Below, piece by piece: positions 54,999 through 63,369 of a stretch of 64,000 nt of DNA (position 1 is its first letter; every line of letters starts with the position of its first letter). The notes under the pieces are model-generated. The model searched no databases. It was not told the origin of the DNA and worked only from the letters and a program-made list of their open reading frames with translations. A program made the translations under genes and the position numbers. Source of the stretch: a virus (lineage: Duplodnaviria > Caudoviricetes); IMG/VR virus record IMGVR_UViG_2974670102_000001, positions 160,001 to 224,000 of that record. One strand, written 5' to 3'.

Positions 54999-55207
54999 TG
55001 AAAGACAAACGTTACGATGCGCGGCTCAAGGAGTACGTGGAAAGCCCGGCCCACGTCGAGGCTTTCCTAGACGAGTACGAGGCACTGTGCCAGAAATTCG
55101 GCCTGAGTCTCGGCCACGAGGATGCGCACGGTGGTTTCATCATCGAGGAATTTCACGAATACAACATGAAGTGGGTGCGCGAGGCGTCCATGCAGGTGGA
55201 GGAATAA
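54998..55207 (+). CDS. Small hypothetical protein
   Basis: GGAGG SD; C.KFGLSL.HED.HGGFIIE. Confidence 0.65.
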   Translation: MKDKRYDARLKEYVESPAHVEAFLDEYEALCQKFGLSLGHEDAHGGFIIEEFHEYNMKWVREASMQVEE

Positions 55208-55389
55208 TGGACCGAAGTGACGAGTATTACGAAGGCTACGATGCGTTCTGCGCCGGGCTCACTGACGCGGATAATCCGTACGAAGCTGGCACCGACAAGG
55301 GTATGGACTGGTTCGACGGCCATATGGATGCCGAGTGCGACCACATGGCCCCGGAACGTGAAGACGGCCCCCAGACGGAGGCACCGTGA
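55207..55389 (+). CDS. RMF/CrpP-fold-like microprotein (acidic)
   Basis: YYEGY.AF.AG...NPY......W.DG; TAATG coupling. Confidence 0.6.
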   Translation: MDRSDEYYEGYDAFCAGLTDADNPYEAGTDKGMDWFDGHMDAECDHMAPEREDGPQTEAP

Positions 55390-55595
55390 CCCTTATCGAA
55401 CTGGCGAACAAAGTGAACCAGATGCTGGCAGACGGCGCGGACCCCAATCTCGTGGTCGGCGGCCCTGATCCGTATGGTGACCTGCTGTGCGAGTTGCTGG
55501 ATATCGGACTCGCGCAGGGTGCCAATGCCGTACGCCGTGGCAAACAGCAGTACGTTGAATTGCTGGGAATCTGGTCGTTACCGGACCCGGACTAA
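55386..55595 (+). CDS. Small hypothetical protein
   Basis: GGAGG SD, GTG start. Confidence 0.6.
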   Translation: MTLIELANKVNQMLADGADPNLVVGGPDPYGDLLCELLDIGLAQGANAVRRGKQQYVELLGIWSLPDPD

Positions 55596-55605
55596 TGGAG
55601 GAAGG

Positions 55606-56451
55606 ATGTCGAAGAAGATGAAGAAGGACGTTATGGGTAACCAGATGAAAGCGTTCGAAGCGCAGGAAACGGGTCGCGAATTCATGCCCGAAACGTACAT
55701 CGTGGCGCGTCTCGACGGCCGTGCGTTCCACACGTTCACGCGTGGTCTGGAGCGCCCGTACTCGAAGCGGTTCTCGCGCTGCATGCTCACGACTGCGGCT
55801 GCTCTCGTCGAGGATTTCCACGCGGACCTCGCATACACCCAAAGCGACGAGATCACGCTGATGTGGGAACCGCGTGCTCAGGAAAACCTGCCGTTTGCGG
55901 GCCGCATCTTCAAATTCAATTCGCTGCTGGCAGCACGCGCATCCGTCGCGTTCCTGCGGGCGGTGGCGCAGGAGATTCCTGAGAAGGCGCACCTGAATCC
56001 GCTGTTCGACTGCCGCGCGTTCGCTACCCCGAACGAGGAAGTTGCGTTCTCCCAGTTCCTGTGGCGCGAGATCGATGCCACGCGCAACTCACTGATGATG
56101 CTGGCGCAGGCTCACTACTCCCACAAGGAGTTGCACGGCAAGGGCTCGGCGGCCCAGCACGATCTGCTGCACGCGCGTGGCATCAACTGGAACGACGAGC
56201 CCGCGTTCTTCAAGCGCGGGACCTACTTGCGCCGCTTGAACTACATGCGTACGCTCAGCGACGCGGAACTGGCACGTATTCCGGTGGCCAAGCGCCCTGA
56301 CGGTCCGGTGATCAGGAGCAACGTGTTCCCGCTGGCGGTGCCACCGGTCGCCAGTTTGGGCAGGTTCGATGCGATCTACGAATGTGGTGCTGATCGTACC
56401 AATCCGTGGTTCCCGGACGAGCGTCTGCGGGACTTGCCAGCCTATAACTAA
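55606..56451 (+). CDS. thg1: tRNA-His guanylyltransferase Thg1-like protein (3'-5' polymerase)
   Basis: RLDGRAFHTFT...RPY, YTQSDEI, FDCR, WR..DA.RNS, GINWND.P..F.RG. Confidence 0.93.
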   Translation: MSKKMKKDVMGNQMKAFEAQETGREFMPETYIVARLDGRAFHTFTRGLERPYSKRFSRCMLTTAAALVEDFHADLAYTQSDEITLMWEPRAQENLPFAGRIFKFNSLLAARASVAFLRAVAQEIPEKAHLNPLFDCRAFATPNEEVAFSQFLWREIDATRNSLMMLAQAHYSHKELHGKGSAAQHDLLHARGINWNDEPAFFKRGTYLRRLNYMRTLSDAELARIPVAKRPDGPVIRSNVFPLAVPPVASLGRFDAIYECGADRTNPWFPDERLRDLPAYN

Positions 56452-56462
56452 TCGTGTAAAGT
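56434..56462 (+). promoter_or_regulatory. Sigma70-type promoter TTGCCA-17-TAAAGT
   Basis: Consensus spacing, upstream of 56486. Confidence 0.55.
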
Positions 56463-56485
56463 TTGGCCTCTTTTACGGAGGTTGA

Positions 56486-56629
56486 ATGAAAAGCGATGAG
56501 TTTTACGCCGGTCGGCTTGCAGGTCTGTGTCACCGCCTGCGAGTCAACCCGCATCAAACGAAGAGCAAACGCGCTGACTGGTTCGCCGGGTACGACGAGG
56601 CAAAGCGCATTCTCAAGGAGAAGCAATGA
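56486..56629 (+). CDS. Ribosome modulation factor (RMF)-like microprotein, 47 aa, not in the ORF track
   Basis: GGAGGT SD; MKSDEFYAGRLAGLCHRLRVNPHQTKSKRADWFAGYDEAKRILKEKQ; ATGA overlap with the next gene. Confidence 0.7.
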   Translation: MKSDEFYAGRLAGLCHRLRVNPHQTKSKRADWFAGYDEAKRILKEKQ

Positions 56630-56892
56630 AGGTTCGCAAGATCGCGAAGCGGCCACCGACGTACCTGCGTGTGGACACCGTGAACGTACCGACCGGATTC
56701 TACGGTGTGACGCAGCGGAAAACGAAGAACGGCGTAGACATCCACCTGATCACGGAGCGGAAGGAGTTCATCGCCCTGTACGGTCAGCCGGATTTCGACA
56801 CCACGGTCACGATCACGGATCGTGGAATCGCGTTGTTGGCCAGCCTCGATTTCCCGAGAGTGGTGCCTTATGCACAGCGGGTGCGCACGTGA
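56626..56892 (+). CDS. Hypothetical protein
   Basis: AAGGAG SD. Confidence 0.6.
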   Translation: MKVRKIAKRPPTYLRVDTVNVPTGFYGVTQRKTKNGVDIHLITERKEFIALYGQPDFDTTVTITDRGIALLASLDFPRVVPYAQRVRT

Positions 56893-57098
56893 AGCACAAA
56901 ATCCGCCATTTTGTGGGGACCGTGGAGCAGCCTCCGATTGAGGTGGACACCTCGATCCTCAACGATTCCACCTACCAATGGGCCAAGACACTGGTGCGCT
57001 GGTACGACGAGATCGGTCACTGGAACAACGATTCTGAAAACTCCAGCCTCTTCAACCTGCTGAAGCAGGAGATCAAGGAATACGAGGTTCGGCAATGA
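56889..57098 (+). CDS. Hypothetical protein
   Basis: GTGA overlap. Confidence 0.55.
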   Translation: MKHKIRHFVGTVEQPPIEVDTSILNDSTYQWAKTLVRWYDEIGHWNNDSENSSLFNLLKQEIKEYEVRQ

Positions 57099-57307
57099 AC
57101 AGATACAACAGTTTCCCCGAAATCCACCACCACGACGCGGCGGACCTAGCACGCGATCTCGTGAAGTGGATCGAGGCGTCGGACCCAGAATTGGGCTCTC
57201 CCCTTCTGGACTTCTGCTATCGTCTGGAAGACGAGATTACCGCATTCCAAGACCGTATCATCGTGGCGGACCGCGAAGCGTATTATCAGCATTATACGCC
57301 GAAGTAG
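57095..57307 (+). CDS. Hypothetical protein
   Basis: GAGGT SD, ATGA overlap. Confidence 0.6.
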   Translation: MNRYNSFPEIHHHDAADLARDLVKWIEASDPELGSPLLDFCYRLEDEITAFQDRIIVADREAYYQHYTPK

Positions 57308-57345
57308 TTGACAAGTCCCGTTCAGTTGAATAAACTGGCGGGACT
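57308..57345 (+). promoter_or_regulatory. Sigma70-type promoter TTGACA-17-TAAACT within an inverted repeat
   Basis: AAGTCCCG..CAGTT / AACTG.CGGGACTT arms. Confidence 0.75.
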
Positions 57346-57366
57346 TTATCTTTTCTGGGGCGCAAA

Positions 57367-57996
57367 ATGCAGACCAAACAGATCAACAAACTGGAAGTCC
57401 TGAAGAACGTCATCAAGTGCGACTCGAACGCCGATGGTTGGGTTGATGCATACAAGATGGCGCATGCACTGGAACTCTACAGCTTCCACGGCGGCCCGGA
57501 CGACGCGCAGACCCGTCTCCGGGCCTATGCGGTCACCGAATGGCTCTGTACGGACACCCACGTGGGCCTCAGCGCCATCTACTTCGACGGCAAGCTCGTT
57601 GGCTGCATCGAACAGTGGTCGCGTAAGGGTGACGTGAACTACTCGTGGGTGAGTGCCGAGGCCGCGATGGCGGTCCGCAACTTTCTGGCCGAGGGCATGG
57701 AATTCGAGTTCCCGACCATCGGAGCCGATGACACTGTGGATTCGCGCTATCGCGTGAACTACCGTGATCAGATTCTGTGCGTCAACGGTTGGTACGCCGG
57801 TAAACCGGTCACCTACGTCAAGGAGCCGCGCGCTCGGGTAGACGGGAAGTATCTGGCGTTCGACGCCGATTACGACTGCGTTATCCTGATCGCGCACGAG
57901 GACGGCACCACCGAACGGATTCCGGTGTCCGAGTTCTACATGGACCTGCATGTCCCGAAGCACGTGGTCGACGATCTGTTGACAGACGCCGAATAA
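57367..57996 (+). CDS. Hypothetical protein
   Basis: 209 aa ORF after promoter; W.CTDT.VG...IYFDG..V motif. Confidence 0.7.
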   Translation: MQTKQINKLEVLKNVIKCDSNADGWVDAYKMAHALELYSFHGGPDDAQTRLRAYAVTEWLCTDTHVGLSAIYFDGKLVGCIEQWSRKGDVNYSWVSAEAAMAVRNFLAEGMEFEFPTIGADDTVDSRYRVNYRDQILCVNGWYAGKPVTYVKEPRARVDGKYLAFDADYDCVILIAHEDGTTERIPVSEFYMDLHVPKHVVDDLLTDAE

Positions 57997-58033
57997 GCGC
58001 GTACGATACGCCCATCTGATCACGGGAGGCCCT

Positions 58034-58210
58034 ATGAAATACTTCTGGATTGCGGTTGTCGCGTTTCTCGTCTGCGACGCCTACCTGTACACTGAGAACG
58101 GTGAGTCGTATTTCTGGGGCAACCAACACCGTATCGAACGCCTTTTCAAACACGTGGCTCTCAGCCTCGGCACCTATCACGGTCAACAGGAGGACCAAGA
58201 CGATGAATAA
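58034..58210 (+). CDS. Small membrane-anchored protein (58 aa, not in the ORF track)
   Basis: GGAGG SD; MKYFWIAVVAFLVCDAYLY... Confidence 0.6.
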   Translation: MKYFWIAVVAFLVCDAYLYTENGESYFWGNQHRIERLFKHVALSLGTYHGQQEDQDDE

Positions 58211-59237
58211 ATACGCAGCGGAGTTCTTCGGCAAGTTTCACTACGCGATCACGGTCGGCTACGACAGGGCCGAGGGCGGCCCGTTCCAGTTCAACGATGG
58301 CATTTGCGAGAACTTCAGCGTGTACCTGCGTCGCGCTGGCGTCCCGGGCATCATCAAGGATGCGTATATGCGCGCGCTCGCCGACGCCTTCCAGTTCAAC
58401 GGACAGGGCCGCGTGTTCCCGTTCAATACGGGTCGCATGGCCGAGTACAGTGAGGAAGTGCTCACGAACACGGTCTACAAGAACGAGGAACGCAAGACGT
58501 TCCTGCGCAACATGGTCAACGACTACGATCTGGTCGAACACCGAGTGGTCACCAACCTGCTGGACCAGTATTTCCGTGAACTGGAACTTTGGCTGAACGG
58601 TAGCCTCGATGGGCAACGCCGGTTCCGGAACCACACCGGCATCTGCACGAACGTCGAGCACTGGCTCAAGTCCCATGGTGTGGACGATTTCGCACTCACC
58701 TGTAACATGCGGAACCAGTTGACCCAAGAGTTCCAGATTGCGATGGGTGCTCGTGACGAAGGGGTGTACGATGGCTACCCGTTCAACGCCAACGTCGGCC
58801 ACTACCTGAATGAAGCTCAAGCATGCACGACCTACGGCAACGCAAAGCGCGTAGCCTACATCCGTCGCCGGGCCGCACGTGCTTATCTGAACACGAGCAC
58901 CGTCGACTCGTTTCTGACCGAATTCCGTCACTGGTTCCGGGCGGCCCTTCCCGCCGACAACACGTTCTCGTCTGCGGCTGCTGTCTGTTCGAACCTGACA
59001 CGGTGGATGCGCAGCACCGGGGCAGACGACTTCGCGTGCACGTGGGCACAGAAGAACCTCATGGAAAAATTCGTGCGCATGGGGCTTCACGCGCGATTCC
59101 CGTTCAACGAGCGCGCGATGGAATACGCAGACGAGCGTGACGCCGGAACGTTTTACAAAAACCCCAAGCGCTGTGCTTGGATCGAAAAGATGGGAATCAT
59201 TTCGCATGAAGAACTCTGCAAGCAGTTCGGGGACTAA
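58203..59237 (+). CDS. Repeat-family A protein (three units)
   Basis: AGGAGG SD; GICEN/GICTN/AVCSN...PFN...Y.N..R x3. Confidence 0.75.
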   Translation: MNKYAAEFFGKFHYAITVGYDRAEGGPFQFNDGICENFSVYLRRAGVPGIIKDAYMRALADAFQFNGQGRVFPFNTGRMAEYSEEVLTNTVYKNEERKTFLRNMVNDYDLVEHRVVTNLLDQYFRELELWLNGSLDGQRRFRNHTGICTNVEHWLKSHGVDDFALTCNMRNQLTQEFQIAMGARDEGVYDGYPFNANVGHYLNEAQACTTYGNAKRVAYIRRRAARAYLNTSTVDSFLTEFRHWFRAALPADNTFSSAAAVCSNLTRWMRSTGADDFACTWAQKNLMEKFVRMGLHARFPFNERAMEYADERDAGTFYKNPKRCAWIEKMGIISHEELCKQFGD

Positions 59238-59373
59238 GATTGACGACCCGAAGATCGAGATCGTACGCCAGTGCATCGAGCGTGCGGTCGTCGAGGCCGC
59301 TAATGGCGGTGACCTGTGGCTCACGACTTTCTTGGCCGCCGAGAAAATCGTGGACATGGTAAAGAGTAGTTGA
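59206..59373 (+). CDS. Small hypothetical protein
   Basis: Fills the gap; start uncertain. Confidence 0.45.
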   Translation: MKNSASSSGTKIDDPKIEIVRQCIERAVVEAANGGDLWLTTFLAAEKIVDMVKSS

Positions 59374-59403
59374 CGTAACGTCAGGGCCACTATATAGTGG
59401 CCC
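59370..59403 (+). promoter_or_regulatory. Sigma70-type promoter TTGACG-17-TATAGT with a perfect 20-bp palindrome over the -10 box
   Basis: GGGCCACTATATAGTGGCCC at 59384-59403. Confidence 0.8.
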
Positions 59404-59428
59404 TTCCAACAAGTGACTGGAGGTGTTA

Positions 59429-59635
59429 ATGAACAACGTAGCGTCCCGCATTCTCGGCATCCTGAGCACCGAACTCGATCTCGAACCCGAGCACCTGAGT
59501 GTCGACCATTCGTTCCACTTTTCGGAATTCGAAACCGCACTGGACGACGAGTTCGATCTTCTGTCGGGTGCCGTCGTCTACGAATTCATGTCCGTGCGGG
59601 ACATGGCATCGCGCATCGAGCGAGTTCTGGCGTGA
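59429..59635 (+). CDS. Acyl carrier protein-like protein lacking the DSL motif
   Basis: RILGIL..EL......L....SF-[gap]-EF..AL.DEFD......SV.D....I collinear with AcpP. Confidence 0.65.
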   Translation: MNNVASRILGILSTELDLEPEHLSVDHSFHFSEFETALDDEFDLLSGAVVYEFMSVRDMASRIERVLA

Positions 59636-59952
59636 AGCTCAGTCCGCTACAGCGCAAGATTATGGTGCTGGTGCGTGACGCGTTTGTTACCTACTACAGC
59701 CACACCCAGCTTTTCATTTGTAACGAGGTGAAGACGGCCGCGCACGCGCTCAATCGATCAGTGGACGATTCGTCCGTGAACGACTTGCTGTGGGCTATTC
59801 GTGAAGCACTCGGAGGCCGTAATACGCTGGGTGATTGGCTCATGTGGGAGTATGACCCTGCTGTCTATCTGACGGGCACAGAGCGAAATCGTATCCTCAA
59901 CCTGTGTCGAGAAGCTTGGCTCGACGCTATTCTCGAACGGGGTGAAATTTGA
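59632..59952 (+). CDS. Repeat-family B protein 1
   Basis: L...Q.KI...V...FIC.....I..AL.G..TL..WL....R.AWL..I..RG.I. Confidence 0.7.
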   Translation: MKLSPLQRKIMVLVRDAFVTYYSHTQLFICNEVKTAAHALNRSVDDSSVNDLLWAIREALGGRNTLGDWLMWEYDPAVYLTGTERNRILNLCREAWLDAILERGEI

Positions 59953-60329
59953 AAGACGATGACGAGTACTTCAGCGCGAAAGAACTGGAAATCCTGAATC
60001 TGGTGCTGGAGCGGTTGGAACACGCGGCAGAGACCCCGGTGGATGGTGCCCATCAGTACCTGTGCCTGCACATCGGCAGCGTCGGGCGCGAACTCAGCTA
60101 CTCCAAAAAGCGCTATTTCTTCCATCGCCTATTCGGGCTCGACACCACGTACACGAAGGCGGCGCAAGCCCTGATCGAACAGATCGCACAAGCACTCGAC
60201 GGCAAGAGCGGCAACACGCTTCAGGGTTGGGTGAGTCTGCGCACTGGCTACATACCGTACGCAGATGTCATGAACGCGGCGCGTGATGCGTGGCTTCGTC
60301 GTGCACTCGAAATCGGGTATTTCGGATGA
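59949..60329 (+). CDS. Repeat-family B protein 2
   Basis: QYLC...IAQALDG...TLQGWV...ARDAWL. Confidence 0.7.
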   Translation: MKDDDEYFSAKELEILNLVLERLEHAAETPVDGAHQYLCLHIGSVGRELSYSKKRYFFHRLFGLDTTYTKAAQALIEQIAQALDGKSGNTLQGWVSLRTGYIPYADVMNAARDAWLRRALEIGYFG

Positions 60330-60667
60330 GCACCGCACTGAATGCACGCCAGATGGAGATCATGGTGTTTGTGTGCGCTGCCCTCAACTACCGTGATTCG
60401 GCCTATCCGCAGTACATCTGCCAAGCTGTGAAAGACGCGGCATGTGATCTGGACGCCTGTGTCTGGTACGGGTTCTTGCGCCCATACCGCAGTCAGGTCA
60501 ATTCGATCCTGCGCATGATCGATCAGGCATTGGATTGTCGGACGTTGGAGCGTTGGCTCGCGGGCAAGGTTTCGTTCAACGGGTTCCCGGCTGACCAGCT
60601 TGGACTTTTCAATCAATGTCGGGCCGGTTGGCTCGAAACCATAATCGCGCGAGGGCGCATCGAATGA
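60326..60667 (+). CDS. Repeat-family B protein 3
   Basis: QYIC...IDQALD..TLERWL...CRAGWL..I..RG.I. Confidence 0.7.
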   Translation: MSTALNARQMEIMVFVCAALNYRDSAYPQYICQAVKDAACDLDACVWYGFLRPYRSQVNSILRMIDQALDCRTLERWLAGKVSFNGFPADQLGLFNQCRAGWLETIIARGRIE

Positions 60668-60879
60668 AGAAATATGTGGGAATTGCACTGATCTTGGGGC
60701 TGATGCTTGCCGCGCTTGCGGCTGTCGCAAACCCGACATCGGTGGTGATCGAAACGCGGTTCGGCTACATCCGCATCTACGACGTGTTGACCCCGGCAGG
60801 TCACCAGTGTACGATTGCGTCCTCCGAAGCGGACAGCAACAGTGCGGGCCGCGCATTGGCCATGCAGTGCTACAAATAA
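60664..60879 (+). CDS. Small secreted protein with two Cys
   Basis: MKK plus hydrophobic signal peptide; mature part with C...C. Confidence 0.6.
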   Translation: MKKYVGIALILGLMLAALAAVANPTSVVIETRFGYIRIYDVLTPAGHQCTIASSEADSNSAGRALAMQCYK

Positions 60880-60887
60880 GGAGAATC

Positions 60888-61139
60888 ATGAAGAAGCTCA
60901 TTCTGGCAGTGGCGTTGGTCGCTGCCCTCACCGGGTGCACGCGCCCGGATCAGGCACGTCGTCTGCTGGCGGCACAGGGCTACACGCAAATCGAGATCAC
61001 GGGCTACGCGCCATGGGCCTGCTCGGAAGACGACACGTTCCACACGGAGTTCCGTGCGGTATCGGCGGCAGGTCATCGGGTACAAGGCGTTGTCTGTTCA
61101 GCCTTGCTCAAAGGCGCAACTATTCGGCTGGAGGATTAA
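60888..61139 (+). CDS. Lipoprotein
   Basis: MKKLILAVALVAALTG-C lipobox; AAGGAG SD. Confidence 0.8.
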   Translation: MKKLILAVALVAALTGCTRPDQARRLLAAQGYTQIEITGYAPWACSEDDTFHTEFRAVSAAGHRVQGVVCSALLKGATIRLED

Positions 61140-61523
61140 ATGCGTGCAACTCATGCAAAGCTTGAAGTAACGGGAGAGCGTAGCGCCCTTATCACTGCCG
61201 ACATCATCGCGCGCTTTATCGGCAGCGAAATTACGTATCTCGCGGACTTGGTGGACGACACGCAACCCCTGCGGGTCGTAAACCTGCGCTTCCGTGGTGA
61301 TCTCGCAGACCTGCATGGTGAAAAGATCATGCTGCCGTTCGCGGATGCAGTTCGCGGCGGCAAGGCTCTCGGGCTGCTCATCAAGCGCATCAACTGCGCG
61401 GCGGCGCAAGTGGGCTATGCAGCACACAGTTTGGTTGATCAGTATGCTGGTGCAACCGTGGACACCGATGCGGAAACCGGGAAGATCGTGGTGACCGTAC
61501 GACTTCAAAGGAGCCGAGCATGA
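61140..61523 (+). CDS. Hypothetical protein
   Basis: GGAGG SD. Confidence 0.6.
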   Translation: MRATHAKLEVTGERSALITADIIARFIGSEITYLADLVDDTQPLRVVNLRFRGDLADLHGEKIMLPFADAVRGGKALGLLIKRINCAAAQVGYAAHSLVDQYAGATVDTDAETGKIVVTVRLQRSRA

Positions 61524-62341
61524 CGCCACGACAACGCGAAAACGCGCAGCACGCAATCAATCAGGGCAATCGCTACCCGCTCGACAGCCTGCAAACCGTC
61601 CACTGGACGCTGGACGCTGCTCGCGGTATCATGCGCGAACTGAACGGCCGTGACTCGTTTGGTGACGCGCCCGACGAGTGCGATCAGGCTGTTCTCGACG
61701 AAATCACGGTAGCGATCCAGAACATCATCCGGGTCGCGCACGCCTCTGTTAGCGAGCACGCGGATCAACCGCCCTCGGCCACCGATGCAGCCATCGCGCT
61801 GGCGCATGAAGCCCAGTCGGCCGTCACCTCGATCTACGCTACGCATTTCGGTATCGGTGACGTGCAGTGGCATGAGGACATCGAGCGCGAAACCGGGCTG
61901 GACGAGAACGACCGTCAGGAATTGCAGGAAGCACTGGAACAGCGTTTCAGCGCCGTGTTCGACGAACGCGAATTCGAGGCGTGCCGCACGGCCAGCGCTC
62001 TCGTCGCCTTTATCGTCAAGAACCTGCTGCCGTTCGAGGGCGACCCGCTGGTGGTTGCCACGCAGACGGCCAAGGATCGTGTGATCGTGGCCCGGGCCCT
62101 CTACAAGCTGCTGAGTGCCGATCTCAACATCCACGAATGCAGCAGCGCCGACCGCCTGTTCGAAGACCTCCAGATCAACAGCGCGGATGCTGGTAACCTG
62201 ATCCGCGATCTGGGTGACGATCTTGGCATCGACATCGCGAGTGTGCTGTTCCAACTCAAGGAGCCTGCTATCGAAGATGTGCTGGAGATCGGAGCCCTCA
62301 AGCTGGAGGCACAGCGTGCACGCAAGGTTGCCCATGGATGA
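61520..62341 (+). CDS. Protein with helical N-domain and two tandem ACP-like domains
   Basis: ETGLDENDRQEL..ALEQRF....D..EFE..RT...LV.FI and RLFEDLQINSAD...L..DL...LGI.I. Confidence 0.7.
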   Translation: MTPRQRENAQHAINQGNRYPLDSLQTVHWTLDAARGIMRELNGRDSFGDAPDECDQAVLDEITVAIQNIIRVAHASVSEHADQPPSATDAAIALAHEAQSAVTSIYATHFGIGDVQWHEDIERETGLDENDRQELQEALEQRFSAVFDEREFEACRTASALVAFIVKNLLPFEGDPLVVATQTAKDRVIVARALYKLLSADLNIHECSSADRLFEDLQINSADAGNLIRDLGDDLGIDIASVLFQLKEPAIEDVLEIGALKLEAQRARKVAHG

Positions 62342-62534
62342 TGTGGACGATTTCATGGACGACGGAGAGCCCGTGGATCGCGATCAGGCACTCGACATCC
62401 TGAACACGGCTAGTGTGTACCTCAGCCGCTACGAGAGCGAGGCTCGGGGTTCGCACGCGGACGACGTTTGGATCGCAAACGGAAATCTGAAGCGGCTTAT
62501 TTCGCAGTTGACAGCAGAGTGGTCGGCAGAGTAA
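62334..62534 (+). CDS. Small hypothetical protein
   Basis: AAGGT SD. Confidence 0.55.
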   Translation: MDDVDDFMDDGEPVDRDQALDILNTASVYLSRYESEARGSHADDVWIANGNLKRLISQLTAEWSAE

Positions 62535-62537
62535 ACT
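62508..62537 (+). promoter_or_regulatory. Sigma70-type promoter TTGACA-18-TAAACT
   Basis: Near-consensus boxes. Confidence 0.6.
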
Positions 62538-62565
62538 GTCTTCTCTACAGTAAAGGAGGGGTCGC

Positions 62566-62853
62566 ATGAAGTGGTATCACCCGAATCATGTAACACCGGA
62601 TCGTGACCATTGCCCGTATTATGAGGACGACTACTCGGTCCCCGTGATCGTGACGATGCGTCTCGAAGACGGTGATCTGGTGGTTGCGTCCACGCAGTGG
62701 ATGTACTCGTACCGCGAACAGGGCTGGGTCGAGTGTGGGCTGGAGGACGGCCCGTCGCCTGCCGACTATTCGGATTACGGTGTGGTAGTGGCTTGGGCAT
62801 ACCCTCCTGAGCCGTGTGGGCCCAATGAATATGCGGAGGTAACGGATGTTTAA
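62566..62853 (+). CDS. DUF551-like small protein
   Basis: MKW...P......V.V.......W......VVAW.Y.PEP. Confidence 0.55.
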   Translation: MKWYHPNHVTPDRDHCPYYEDDYSVPVIVTMRLEDGDLVVASTQWMYSYREQGWVECGLEDGPSPADYSDYGVVVAWAYPPEPCGPNEYAEVTDV

Positions 62854-63232
62854 CGAAGACGAATACGGTGAGATCACCGACGATCTGTACGCACAGCGCA
62901 CGATCTACATCGCAAACTACCACGACCGACACTATCCGGAAGACGACGAGATTCTGGGTGCGTTCTTTACCGAGGAAGAGGCGAAGGCCGCCAACGAAGA
63001 AGAGCGTCAGAACTACGTCGGCCGCTACCAAGAGGGCCACCACCGGGCGCGCGAGCACTACTACGGGGTGAAGCTCGCTACGCTGGAAACCCGTATCTCG
63101 GTCGACGACCTGCACCTGCTGCGTGCGCTGGAGGCCGGTGAATGCGACGAGGACGAGCAGAATGCAGTGTTCCGTATGGTAGCGCGCCTGCTGGGCCTGA
63201 GTGACGAAGACACCGACGCGGAGGACAAATGA
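62846..63232 (+). CDS. Hypothetical acidic protein
   Basis: GGAGGT SD; ILG.F.TEEEA. Confidence 0.65.
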   Translation: MFNEDEYGEITDDLYAQRTIYIANYHDRHYPEDDEILGAFFTEEEAKAANEEERQNYVGRYQEGHHRAREHYYGVKLATLETRISVDDLHLLRALEAGECDEDEQNAVFRMVARLLGLSDEDTDAEDK

Positions 63233-63369
63233 TCAACCTGACGCAACACGAGAAAAACCTGATCGCGCGTCTGCGTGACTGCCGTCAGGAACTGAGCCCG
63301 GCTGACCGCCACGGCCTGCTGGACCTGATCGACGAACTTCTGGAGGCAGACGAACATGGCCCGGAGTAA
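63229..63369 (+). CDS. Small hypothetical protein (46 aa, not in the ORF track)
   Basis: GGAGG SD, ATGA overlap; MINLTQHEKNLIARLRD... Confidence 0.55.
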   Translation: MINLTQHEKNLIARLRDCRQELSPADRHGLLDLIDELLEADEHGPE

